Of a DNA stretch of 64,000 bases, positions 14,438 through 26,769 are shown piece by piece; positions within the stretch are counted from its first letter, which is position 1; the number at the start of each line of letters is the position of its first letter. A program made the position numbers and the translations under genes. Source of the DNA: Botryllus schlosseri (lineage: Eukaryota); contig CM119372.1 in assembly GCA_051294905.1 (NCBI GenBank), forward strand, positions 24,306,001 through 24,370,000, written 5' to 3'. Below the pieces are notes generated by a model that searched no databases, was not told the DNA's origin, and saw only the letters and a program-made list of their open reading frames with translations.

Positions 14438-17400
14438 GACTCAGAGTCATTGCAATGTGGCTTATTGGTATTGTTATCGGGTGACATTCGATCTACATCA
14501 AAACTACCGGCTATGATAATGTCTGTGGATCGATGTTTGTATACCAACACATTGCATGCAATGTCACACACCTCCATTTACGCGTATACTGGTGTGGGCA
14601 AACAAGCGCGACGTATGTCTGGATGGTATTTTTTCGTGGAAACACAGGGTGTAACATGTTTACTTTGAATATTGTTCATTGGTTTATCGATTCAGAGTTG
14701 ATATCCGGATCCGGTTACATACTTTATCAGAGTTTCCGATTTCAAACTGAATGTCGAGACATACATTGATCAATAAAGACACAATATAGTAAACATGCGG
14801 GGAAAACTCGACATGGAATTGTTATCGCGATGGGTGACATAAATCCAACCGTTTTCCGAACACCGTTATCCACATACCAACCATCGTCGAGGAGGTGTTT
14901 TATTCAGACATTTTGACTCTGGAAAATCCAAAGCACGAGCCCGGACATCACAGACCTATCGAAACCTATTGTCCAATTTCCCAAACATGCATTTCGATAT
15001 ACAAGAGCACATTGCATGTGGGTAACCGATGATTTTGATGGGATGCACCAACACAAGTAAATATGCGATTGCACAAATGTATCGGAGTCGTTGTTGGTGT
15101 ATATTTTGTCACTGCCCGTTGTAACAATATACAAAATATCAAATTGTCGGGTGTGGTTGTCAGTTTTCAAAACGAAAATGGTATTGTTACCCAGAGAAAA
15201 GATAGATTTCCAAGTGCAAACGGTATTGGTACTCAGGTAAATGATAGTTTTCCAAACGAAACGGGTTTGTTACCCAGGGAGAAAATATATTTCCAAAAGA
15301 AAATGATTAGTTACTCTAGGTAAAAGTAGTTTTCCATGTGAAAATGGTTTGTTGCTGTAGGATAAAAATATATTTCCAAGTGAAAAAGGTTTGGTACTCA
15401 GGTAAAAAATATATTTCCAAGTGAAAAAGGTTTGTTACCCAGAGAAAAAATATATTTCCAAGTGAAAAAGGTTTGTTATCCAGAGAAAAAATATATTTCC
15501 AAGTGAAAAAGGTTTGTTGCTCAGGGAAAAAAAAATATATTTCCAAGTGATAAAGGTTTGTTATCCAGAGAAAAAATATATTTCCAAGTGAAAAAGGTTT
15601 GTTACCCAGGGAAAAAATAGATTTCCAAAGGAAAGGGGGCTTGTTACTCTTGGAAACGATAGACCCCCCAAGTGAAAATGTTTTGTTACTCTGATTAAAC
15701 GATAAATCTCCAAGGAATAATGGTATTTTTACTCAGGTAACGACTGACCTCCAGGTGAAAATGGTAATTTTACTTGGGTAGGTATCGTATGTTTAGTGTC
15801 GTTGGTGTTGTTAAACGTAGCTGTCGAGTTGTACAATATACTTGTCGTGAGTCTACAATTACGAAGGGAGAGAATGAAATTGCTATTATGAGTGCCAGAA
15901 GGTTGTTGTATGTAGATTTGACAGTAACCCTATCATTCGCATATGACAAACACAATCATGGCCATTAACTAACTCGCTCGGTCTCGATCAATGCAAAAGA
16001 GGTGATTCGTTTTTTGAAACCGTAGCGAAGACCACATGTAAATCTATGCGATAGACTTCTATCTCCTTACATTCAGTCGTGTCGTGTCCATTTTAATACG
16101 GATCCCACATGTATGACATGCACACACTAACGCCGTAAACAGAAGTCGATGATTTTGATTAATAAAAATATTTCTTGACTACATCGGAATGTCTATGTTG
16201 TAGAAAGTAAATACTTTTATGAAGTTGTGTGTTTAATGAAAGCGATTGGTTACAAGTATGTGTTGGGGAAAGAAAATTTATATTTCTGTATGTGACGAAA
16301 TGAAAATAGATTCGTGGTTTTAATTGAATTGCACTTTTTTAATGTACGTTTCAACAGGTAGACTTGACACTGAACAACAATTCGACCCACAAAACATATT
16401 CGTTGTATGATTTGTCACTGGTGTGTAAAGGGTTAGGAATATTTTGAATGATAATATCTACTAGCTGTTTTGTTGTGAGGGCGATCATGTGATGACTCAT
16501 CACTTTTCGTTAGCAAAGTAGATTGATCTATGTGAAAGATGTAAGGATCGTGGCTAGAAACATATGTACTTTGTTGTTGGAGTAGCTGATTTACTGCTAT
16601 GGTGTTGACATAACCCTCTGGAAGTGAGTATGCTTTTCTTTCACGAAAGTTTACGTGGCTCCGTTGTAATAAATTTACTCGGATGGATACTGCAATTGTG
16701 CTGGACTTACACATGGTATTCGCATACTGTACACATACAAACTTTTGTGTAAACAACTCTGATGTTTCTGTTAGTACTAGTTCTGTGTTGAACTATTTGA
16801 TTATTAAGATACATGAACACCCATTCAGACAATAAAGTTCTTGTGATATCGAAACAGTTTGAAAGCACCACCAATCATTGCGTATGTTCGTAGCATGAGC
16901 GAATATTTTCATGTGTCGTGAATATCTTTCGTATACACTTAGTATGAAATGAGATGTGTGGAACAATAATTAGTGTCGTACAAAGTGTTGTGTTTGATTG
17001 TCTACTTTTTATCAATGCCTTTGTGATGTTAAAAGACGGCTGAGTTTGCATTTACATTAAGCGGAGAAACTCAAGTAATAAATTTTACTCGTTTGAAAAT
17101 ATCGATCAATGGAGTAACAGTATCAATATGAGTGGTATATTATTTTTCGCGATATGCAACCAATCTTCTAAGCATAACTTGTCAAAAATTTATCATGTCG
17201 TAGAAACGCCGGTTGTTACGAATTCGAAAGAAATGTACTTCGATTATCACGATTATGGAAATTACGATCAACGCAGTATTTCGAAGTCGTATGTTCAACA
17301 ATCACTAAATGTTGGTTAGTTAAACGATACATTTACAAGTTTACCGAAATCTTGATTTACAAATAACAGCTTGATGATGTAAAGCTCAACCACGCAAATG

Positions 17401-20400
17401 TGTTCATTGCAAAGTATTTGACACAAACAAAATATCGAATGGAGGCCATCACATTGGTTTCATTTCGAGTGAGTGAAAATTGTTTTCTGTTGATCAGGTA
17501 GGACACATTTGACAAACATCGTACACATTGTTTCTTCGTGATGGTAACGACTTTCAGTGGCTTGGTTTCATGTCGGGAATTATTCTTTGAGGGTTCAAGA
17601 ACAATCAATACTACAAATGAACAACAATGCAAAACACGTTTAGCAAATAACAGTGTAGCAAGTACTTTTTTGATATTACGATTGTTGTGCACCAGACATT
17701 TCTAACTGAATTGAATGCATCTAGCAAACATATTCCAATTTACTTTTGTAATGATCAAAGTATGTGAAATGGTGTGAACGGATTAGGTATTATGCAAGCG
17801 GCGGTATGTCAATTCACCTAGTGTGATATCTTGACACCGGATAATGTGCGAAAGTGTTTCAATTCTCACTGCTGATTACGATGATAAAGTATTGTACCGG
17901 TTATTGTTTAACAAAGGAAATTGTTGTTTCATCTTTAGTCTTGGTTAGTGGGGACAATTACATTTGTAAAATATTTTCTGATATCCGCGATACGCAGGGT
18001 GATATGTACCAAGGTGGAATAATTTTCCATTCAAGAACATTTCAGACACGCATAGTTTTACAGCTTAATATGTTAATAACATTGGTACTGAAAAGTTTGT
18101 TGCTGTCATAACTTTCAACACAACGCCGGGTCTAATTAACGCGAATAATTTAATAATCAAGTCATGATCAACTATTACATATGTTAAATCGATGTGTCAA
18201 TCCTTATGTTTACAGCATGATAACTTTCAATGTAACACCAGCGTTCGATTGTAAGAAATGAAGTCGCAACTACGTCGATCAGACTTTCAAATCTCGTATA
18301 CTCAAACATATTATGTTAAGCTCAAGTCCCCTGTACCAAAGAGTAATTACTTTTGTCTCACAAAATATACCGAGTAGTAATTAGTTTGTCTTGCAGAATA
18401 TACCGCGTAGTAATCCCTCTCTCTTACAGAATAGTAACGACTTTTCAAGTTGATTAAAAAAGATGCGTAGGGATACGAATACATCCGACCTTGTTATGGA
18501 TTTTAGGTTTTAGTGATTGTATGGATTCGTGTATGTTTGGCTGTTTTTCATACTGATACTGTTTGAGTTGGTCGGGTAACGGATTTACTTGACAATGTTA
18601 TTGTGGTTGATTCTTTGAATATGGTAAGATGGTAAGATGTCGAGACGTAATACTATTTCCGTACACTCAATTACAACAAAACATAACCCGCATTCAAATA
18701 AGCCGTAAGCTACAAGTGGATTTAAAACTTGATGCTGTTTTGTGGTTAACTCAAGTCAGTGGTCATGTTTGTGTTGATTTCGGGAATGATCATGACGAGT
18801 TGGTCGGGTAAATTAGTGGTAGTAACTATGACCTTACAGAGTTGTTGACATTCCAATATCTTTTACGCTGTAATATGCGGATTTAATTGTGATAAATTAA
18901 TTCTCAGTTATTGTTCTGACATTCAAATCTCGTATACTCAAAATATAATATGTCCAAGTCAAATCGTATATGCATCGATTAGTAAATACTTTGTTTTCAG
19001 AATAGTAACAACCTTTACAATTGAATAAAAAAGACCGAGCATACGAATACAACCAGGATGAATTAATTTAAATTCATGAGTTGCAGTGATATAATCAAGT
19101 AATTGAAAAACTAGATTTTTAACAATTGGTAATGTTGTGAATAATTCTTTTGAGTATGGTAAGATGTAAAATATCTCTTTGACAAACGGAAAGCCAGACC
19201 GTGAATAGAGTTGTAATATTTCATTACTTGTTTCAAATCAATGTGTGTATAATATCGAAACGGGACTGTGGGGAAGTTGGTAGTCATGTTTGTCAATCCT
19301 ATTTCAATTCACACTATGTCAAAGTCCAAATATTTCATTTTGGATTATCTGGATTTAGCTTTAGTACACCCCGCGAATGGATTCCGACACCGTACTATAA
19401 CGTTTTTGATAACAAGGACTCGAGGATTTTCAATCAACAATACTGGAATTTTTTGATAATGTTAGAGCTGGCAAATGATTAGTTGCGTGTTTTTGTTAAG
19501 AGTTTGATTTCATGTTGATAAAGACAATAACTGTATAATACACATACTTGTGATTCTTGATTCTTGTAGAGTTATAATTGTATTGATTCTATAAGTGCGA
19601 AAACAGCGGCGCGGAATGTGCGAATAATTCGATGCGGCTGAAAGTCGGCGTCAGTAATATTCGGTTACGGTCGAATCAAAAGATTTCTCAAAATAATTAG
19701 AATTGTACCGAATTAACACTATCAGATACGAATCAACTTGGTTTGTGCAGTAAGTTTCATTTCAAGTTGACAAATTGCCACATTACTTGTATATTCACAT
19801 GATTCTTATTATACAACTAAAGTCAACCACGTTCCGAAGTGTCAAAACATATAGCAAGCACCAGAAAGTGTCAAATTGTTGGTTTTCGAATCACCGTCTG
19901 CGACGACTCTGTGACAAACTAATGACCGAAATATTACCTTGTGAGCGATCGGTATGTCTTTAACACCAAGTCACTAAAATGGTTATGGCCGAGACATTAT
20001 CTTGTCAGCGATCGCGGGGTTTTGCAAACTATTTCACACATTTTTGAAGTGTTAGTTTGTGAACGCGGTTATTTGTTGATCGCTTTTCGTGTCGCTGCTG
20101 AATACTGAATACTCCTGAATGTAATAGTGCTGACTGGATTAGTGTAATCGATAGTAGCACGCGGCTGGCCGTGAAACAATTCCACACACAGGTCATTCGA
20201 AATATAGGTCGCACTGCTTAATCCTCACAACAAGCCGCGTTTCCGTTTGTGCGGCCCGATATACACATTAACAAAGATTCATTCACATGACTATTTACTT
20301 GATACATATTCAACACCGGTCGAGAGATGTATATACCCGAAAGTACGAATCACCGCCACACCCATAAGAACGCATGGCGAATCACCAACACAACCTATAC

Positions 20401-20822
20401 GCGAAAGCACGACATGCGAAAGTACGACGTGCGAGAGATGCCAATACCCGAAAGGGCGATGTGCCACCACGAGTTTTCCATGCGATGTGCGAGAGATGCC
20501 TATACCCGAAAGTGCGACATGCGAGCGCACCCATAAGAACACATGGCGAATCACCACAGAACCCGTAAGAATACACGACAGGCGAATCACCGCCACCGCC
20601 TATAGCAAAAAAGGCGAGTCACGACCACGAGTTTTCACGGCGAATCACGACCGCAGCCTATACCTGAAAAGGCGAATCACGACCGCACCCATATGAACAC
20701 ATGGCGAATCGCGACCCCGCCATAAGAGATAAAAGGCGAATCGCCACCCCGGGTTTTCACGGCGAATCGCCACCCCGCCATAAGAACCCCATTGCGTCAT
20801 GCGACCGATCTACTTAACTACT
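14438..20822 (-). repeat. Right arm of the giant inverted repeat (6,385 bp)
   Basis: Reverse complement of 7123-13507. Differences noticed by eye: substitutions near 7212 and 12077, and compensating 1-nt homopolymer indels near 12415 and 12810 (left-arm coordinates). Confidence 0.97.
15166..15785. repeat. 41/42-bp minisatellite (right-arm mirror copy)
   Basis: Reverse complement of 12160-12780: TTTCCAAGTGAAAAAGGTTTGTTACCCAGAGAAAAAATATA units. Confidence 0.9.
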
Positions 20823-21730
20823 GGTGCCGTGTTAAGAGTAAATGTATGTACAAGTGAAGAACTATAGGTGCATTATTATTCTCAATTTTTTTGCCAACTA
20901 AATTCAATATGAGCATTGAGTATACATCTAAACCACATTTTCAGTTGATTTTGTAGTCGTACAGAGCAATAAAACAAATCCCAATGCAATCAAGCTCCCC
21001 TTATCGCCAGAAGGGGAAGTCGATGCGGAATGTGAACACTGTACATTACACTATATCGCAATTGGCAATAAAGGTGTGACCCCATACCCGACGGTTGTAC
21101 TAGCAACTTTAATTTGATCTCGAATATAGTTCGTACAATTATTAGATCATTAATTAGTCGAGTGCATGGTCACTGGGCGCGATACAAGCTTGAAATATTT
21201 CCAATAGTGAAGTTAACAACTGTAAAGACCGATCGACCTCTTCTCAGTCGTTTTTCGCGCAATCCATAAAATATGGAAGCGCCAGACTCTTCGAATTTCT
21301 GAAAAGGGACGCTGGAGGAAAAAGATTAAAAACCATTGGTCTAAACTACAGTGGTACCCAAAAGGGCCGCAATAACGCCATGGGGGCGTTTGCCGCCTCG
21401 AAGGGGCCGTCAGATGCAAATTGCGCGATTGGGGGCGGTTTTTCAAGAATTCAGCCCGCCTTAATACCTTTGACAGCAAGAAAATAAATAAATGACGCGT
21501 AATAGATAATGCGGACGTACGAGCGGGTCATTCGGGAGCAGGACTGGAAAATGACCTTTTGTTAATTAAACATGATAGCAATATCGGTAAAAGTGGGTAA
21601 ATTACTCAACACAACAAGATTTCCAGTAAATATTTCGAAATCAGCTGTTTTCAATTTCGGTAAGCTAATTTTTTTCTTTGTACAACGTGTTCTCATTTCC
21701 GAATTCCCAAATATGGTAACTATAGTATTA

Positions 21731-21844
21731 TCAAACCTCTATGTCGAAACGGCCTGTAATACCGGCACCGCGTATCTTGATAACAGATGCCTTGTTAGTC
21801 AATTCCACACCGAGGCCGTCTTCAGTCGTAGTAACAAGAACAAC
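21731..21844 (-). CDS. Possible terminal exon of the NLR gene (VVLVTTTEDG...GRFDIEV*)
   Basis: aattccAG acceptor, phase 0 matching the previous exon, and 37 open codons followed by TGA. No homology evidence. Confidence 0.35.
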   Translation of the reverse strand, partial: VVLVTTTEDGLGVELTNKASVIKIRGAGITGRFDIEV

Positions 21845-22733
21845 CTGGAATTGTCAAATTCAGAAGCTTGGGATCTTGGAGCGTATCGAAAATTGATCGG
21901 ATGATGTGGCGAATCAACACATAGGTTGGGCACTATGAGTCTTGAAAATAATTATAGTTACGTCTACTACTATGATAGAGAGCAATATCGCGGTTCCGCG
22001 TGAATAGTACTATAATGTAATCAAAATTGATTTTTTTGCGGATTGACATCATCATGCCGTGAGTATCTTCATCCGAGCGAAAAATTTCATATAGTTAGAG
22101 GAAAATGGGGGAAAATGTCATGACTTGAATTGATGATTCTTCCGTGACTAATTTACTGCGGAAACAGCACGGCGAGGCCGTAGCTAATATTGCTGCATGT
22201 TGATCCAAAAATGAATCTGAGGAAGATGTGCATGGTTGGCAAAATGGGAGTTTAGTTTAGTGGAATCGCAAATAGTGGCCAGCTTGCATGATGATATTGT
22301 GGGGTGATCCAAAATAGCTTGAGCTCCTCCGCTCCGGTGGATTTTGTTTTGTAGGACCACAGGACTGAATGTGCTGATCTCTTTGTCAGGGAACTATTTA
22401 AAATCCATTCTATAGACTTTCCTATTAACACCCTTTACTTTGTTAGGGCCACTGTATTGTAAATCTATTTGCAGCGAGACTCCCATACCATTCTCAAACC
22501 GATGTTGTCAATAATTTGCAGATGACCGTTTCCTCCCAGTCACAGTACATTCATGAATATCGCGAATGTGCCATGGCTAAGTCTTGCATTTTCCCGGGGA
22601 TGAGAACCTCTACTACTCTCTGCCCAGTTTATTGATAACATGAATTAACATGAAATATCGCTAATATTTGTTGTTCGTTTGTCATCGATCAAACGTTATA
22701 ACATTCTCACCCAAATTATGAAATCCAACTCAC

Positions 22734-22838
22734 TTTCCAATCTAAATTTCCATTCAGCGATTCAATACGGCAATGTCCAAGAAGTGAAGTAAGTTCTGTA
22801 GTTGAGAATTTGTTATACCGCAAATCAACTTCGCCTAC
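22734..22838 (-). CDS. NLR gene LRR exon (VGEVDLRYNKFS...NLDWK)
   Basis: atatccAG acceptor and GTGAGT donor; 105 bp, phase 0-0; LxxLxLxxNxL-like pattern. Confidence 0.7.
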
Positions 22839-24370
22839 CTGGATATATTAAAATACATACAATTATATGTGTAAGAGCTCGAATTCTTGAAATCAAATCG
22901 AACCGTTGAAACAAACTATTCTACTCTGATGTACAAATTATTTATCATATAGATTGTCAATTTGGAAACGTTTTATTGTAAAGTACGCCTACCTATAGTT
23001 AGGGAGGTCAAATATTTTCCCTACCATCCTAGTTTGTAATTTCACGCGGTAGGCATATATAGTGTTCCAATATCATTAGCCTCGGCACTTTATAGCTTAC
23101 AAGCCATAGTTATCATTTCTGATTAACCTACTTGCAAAAGGTCGCAAACAGCGATATGCACTAAAAGTGGCGCAAAATGAGCTTAATTTGTGCTGACACT
23201 TCAAGTTTCAACATCAGCAATAATACTAATTAAATGACGATTTTAAATGCCATAGTTGCGTTGTACCATTCATACAACGATGCTATTGTGACTATTACCG
23301 GACCTCGCACCGATTAGAAGATACCTCTGAATTAGGAGAAGTAGGTGAATGCGTGCATAGCTGTCACATGATACTTTATGATTGGTCTGTCGAGCATCTG
23401 TGCAAAGTGCGTAGAAAGGCAAAGTTATGGAGAAAGAGATAATATATCTCCTCATAAGGTCATGCTATATGCCATGTAAAATATGCCTTTTAAATCTGAT
23501 GAATAGGGATTTAAATCGAAGTGGCATAGAACGCCGAGTATACTCAATGAGAACATATTTTTCTGAATGCCACTCTTAAGGAGCGCATTTTATGATAGTC
23601 CGAAAGTAATCAGTTGAATTGTTCTCTTATCGAACACCTGCAACCGGTTGTGAATAATTGTTTGTCCCGTCAAGAAGTGCCAAGTTTGAATGACGTGCGA
23701 CTCGCGCATTGGTTTTTGATTTAGCTTATGGTCAGGTACGTTTGATATAGAAGGTATTATCCACCAATATCGCTAAATTATTTATATGCTATGTACTATA
23801 CCATTGCACCTGACTATATTTGACAAATTATTCAACTGAAAAAAATTTCGTGCTCGGGGCAATTTCCTCAATTACTGTCTTTGGTTCGAATTTCATATTT
23901 CAGAAGTCTCTCAACAGTCATAACCTTGCATGCCATCAAACTATACATTTGGTTGCTCTTTTTAATAGTCTTTGATATGATGATAAGTGGGAGGCGAAAT
24001 TCTTTCACTATCATCAAGGGGGGCGTGTCTAAAAATGTTTGAGAACCACTGCACTATAATAAGCCGTGACGTTGCTTTTCGCTACTATATCTAAATAGCC
24101 TACTGGCTGGGAATTTATAAATTGAAGTAGAGTTTTAAAACATTCATATTTTCATGAATAAGTTTAGTACATTAATTGAAGTTAATATAGTTTTTGCTTG
24201 GTTAAAAAAAGGAGGGATTTGTATTGTGCTTGTGCATGTATCGTAAGCTAATATCCGCATATCTTTTCTCAAAATCGTTGATTGTCAACAAAAATCTAAA
24301 CTAAAGCCACTTCAACCATTATAATAAGAATGTCTTCACCGTATCATCCATCTCATCCGCGTAAGTGGTG

Positions 24371-24496
24371 TTACAAAAAGCCTAGAAGTGGGCCGTGCTA
24401 TACAAGGCGGCAGTTACGGAATAAAAGATGAAGAATATCGGCGTGGTGTAAATGACCATAGTAGTCGACAAGCACCATGAATACCACAAACACACC
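24371..24496 (+). mobile_element. 5'-truncated copy of the SINE at 80-338
   Basis: AAAAGCCTAGARGTGGGCCGTGCTATA...GTAGTCGACAARCACCATGAATACC is shared with about 207-316. Confidence 0.8.
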
Positions 24497-24619
24497 ATAT
24501 TATACACAAATTATTGGGGCGACTTCGATTTCTATCATAACTTTATCTAATTTTTCAAAAATAATTTCAATATATATTCAAATTTCATTGCGAAACAATC
24601 ATTCGATCAAACGACTCAC

Positions 24620-24933
24620 GTGAATTCGATGCTTCAGACATTTCTTAATGATCCGAAAAATGTCATTGTCGATGTTGCAATCGCACAATTTCAATGAGTG
24701 GAGACTTTCGTTATCAGCCGCTAGCGATCCAATGATATGAGCTTGATCGCGACTTAATGGGATTCGAGATACATTGATAACGGTAAGATTTTTCATCAGA
24801 TCCTGGGCATTCGACTCATAGATAGCTGTATATAGTTCCATGCGCAAGTAATTGTCGCCGTATTTCGTCTTCTTGTCGAGTTGCGAGAGAATCGATCGTG
24901 TCAGGACTTGTTGCTTCGTTGACTGATTAGAAA
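24620..24933 (-). CDS. NLR gene exon: helical linker plus LRRs
   Basis: ttgacAG acceptor (phase 1, joins the NACHT exon as GTT) and GTGAGT donor. Encodes LTVINVSRIPL and LHSLKLCDCNID, ribonuclease-inhibitor-type LRR patterns. Confidence 0.8.
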
Positions 24934-26769
24934 CTGTCAAGTAATGAAGACTAACTAACGATTTAGTTGCAAAAGACTAATTTTGTGCGGTAGGCAACTG
25001 CAAAATATGCAACAAGTCAGTCCTCTGGTCAGCAGATCGGTGTCGTTCCGTGACATGTCTCCTACCACCAGACATAATGAAATTATATATCTCAATCCCA
25101 AAAGGCAAGAGGTTGGGTGCCTGCACATGGAATAGGGATATCAAATTTTGAATTCGTTTGGGAGTGTTGAACGATTTGTTTGCATGGCGTCGTTACAGAA
25201 AGTTCATCGTCTACATTATAGGCGTTCGTCACAATGGTACAAGTGTTATAAGAAACTATCAAAAAGTAGCCCGCAACTCGTGTAGCCTACGTATAATTCG
25301 ATAATATGAGTACATTTTGGAGCGAATAACATAGAAAAAATACCTAAACTTACAATTTTCCAAATAGCTTTGTGGCCCACCTCAAAATGCACCTGTGGCC
25401 CATCATTTGAGAACCCCTAGCCTAGACCAAGGTGGGTGTCTGATTCCAAAGACTACTCCAAGTCGTTCCGACAGCATCCTATATTTTTATTGTATCGAAA
25501 TTTTTGTGGTGTATCGAACTGACAAAAATTGCTAATAAACCGAACCGAACTCAAGCCTTATAGACCAAAATTACTATATTTAAAGAACTCATTAACGTAA
25601 TGTACTTCAATCACTGATCTATATAAATTTCAATAGCTGTTGAACCACTGAGACATCTGTGGTCGATAAAAGTTGTCAACAGGTTCTTTGAAGTCTGGCT
25701 CCATGTCGGAAGTGAAAACCCTTAGTAAAGACTGCGCGTGAATGTCAATTAGATTGGGACGCAGCTTTGTCTTGTTAATGTTCAGATTGCAGAGCTTGCA
25801 GACACGCGAGCCCCATTATCATGTACGACCAGAATTCGGATCCGGTCCTGATCCGGCCCGCGACGAGATTTTGTCCGGCCTGCGGACAGTTTCCACTCTT
25901 AGTTGATAATGTGGCCCGCCGGCCGGTGTCCGGTAAATGCCGATAATGCAAGTCTTCTCGCTTCTACTTACTTACGAGTAAGCTCCACTCTCGCACGCTG
26001 CGCACACACGCATATAATAACATACAGTCACTAAAATTTGACGTAGTAGGCAAGTAGTGGGGAATCTCGGCAGACTAGGGCCGCGGGGGTTTATACCAAC
26101 ACCGAGAAAACCATTACCGAGAATGCGTGCGAGAGTGGAGCTTACGCGTAAGTTCGTCGAAGCGAGAAGACTTGCATTGTCAGCATTTACGATGTACTCA
26201 ACCCTAATGAATTGATTTCTTGGTAAATTTGGGGTACCGGGCTTATCGAACGCCTTGAAATGTTAGTTAATCAAAGAGAAGAGAAGTTGATCAAAGAGAA
26301 GCAGACATGGCGGCGCCTGTATGACAATGGTGTTCTCAAATCCACATCGTCTTCGTCATTATCGGCGAGAAATGGCTTTAAAATGACATTGCTGTCGTTA
26401 CAATATATTCATTACATGCGAATAATGTATCGATTCAGCTATCCGGCCCGCCAAGTAGTTAATTTTCCTACATCCGGCCCGCCGACTGGAGAAGTTGCCC
26501 GCCCCTGGTTTAGAAGGTCCGATGGCTATGACTAATGCGTAGATGGGAAGAGATATATCTCGTCTTCTACAGTATTTTGGATTTTGGCAATTTTTCAATG
26601 GTAATATCCTCTTTAATGAGTCATATCATTTTATTGTTACTAGTCGACAGACACTCCTTACTCTCGAGCATTCTCTGTCTTGAGACATAGGCAGAATTTG
26701 AAACGGTGCCTTCAATCTCGAATTACTAGTAACGCTTATATATCACCAACATTGACGATAATTACTGAC

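Larger units (their letters stand above)
7123..20822. mobile_element. Non-autonomous, palindromic Maverick/Polinton-derived element (13,700 bp)
   Basis: Starts AGTAGTTAAGTAG and ends CTACTTAACTACT. Direct 6-bp TSD GGTGCC at 7117-7122 and 20823-20828. Subtermini are repeat-rich. AGT-repeat ends plus a 6-bp TSD are the established Polinton signature. No intact pPolB, integrase, ATPase or capsid ORF was recognised. Confidence 0.85.

Noticed and set aside
14920..15110. Possible Polinton cysteine-protease relic (NPKHEPGHHR resembling the PGxHW motif)
   Set aside because: The Trp, the FDSxG motif and the Q...CG catalytic motif are not recoverable in frame; too weak without a profile search.
7123..20822. 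Palindrome as a simple fold-back sequencing or amplification chimera
   Set aside because: The symmetry stops exactly at the AGTAGT/ACTACT termini, is flanked by a direct (not inverted) 6-bp TSD and different unique flanks, and the arms differ at a few sites. Read-level confirmation is still advisable.
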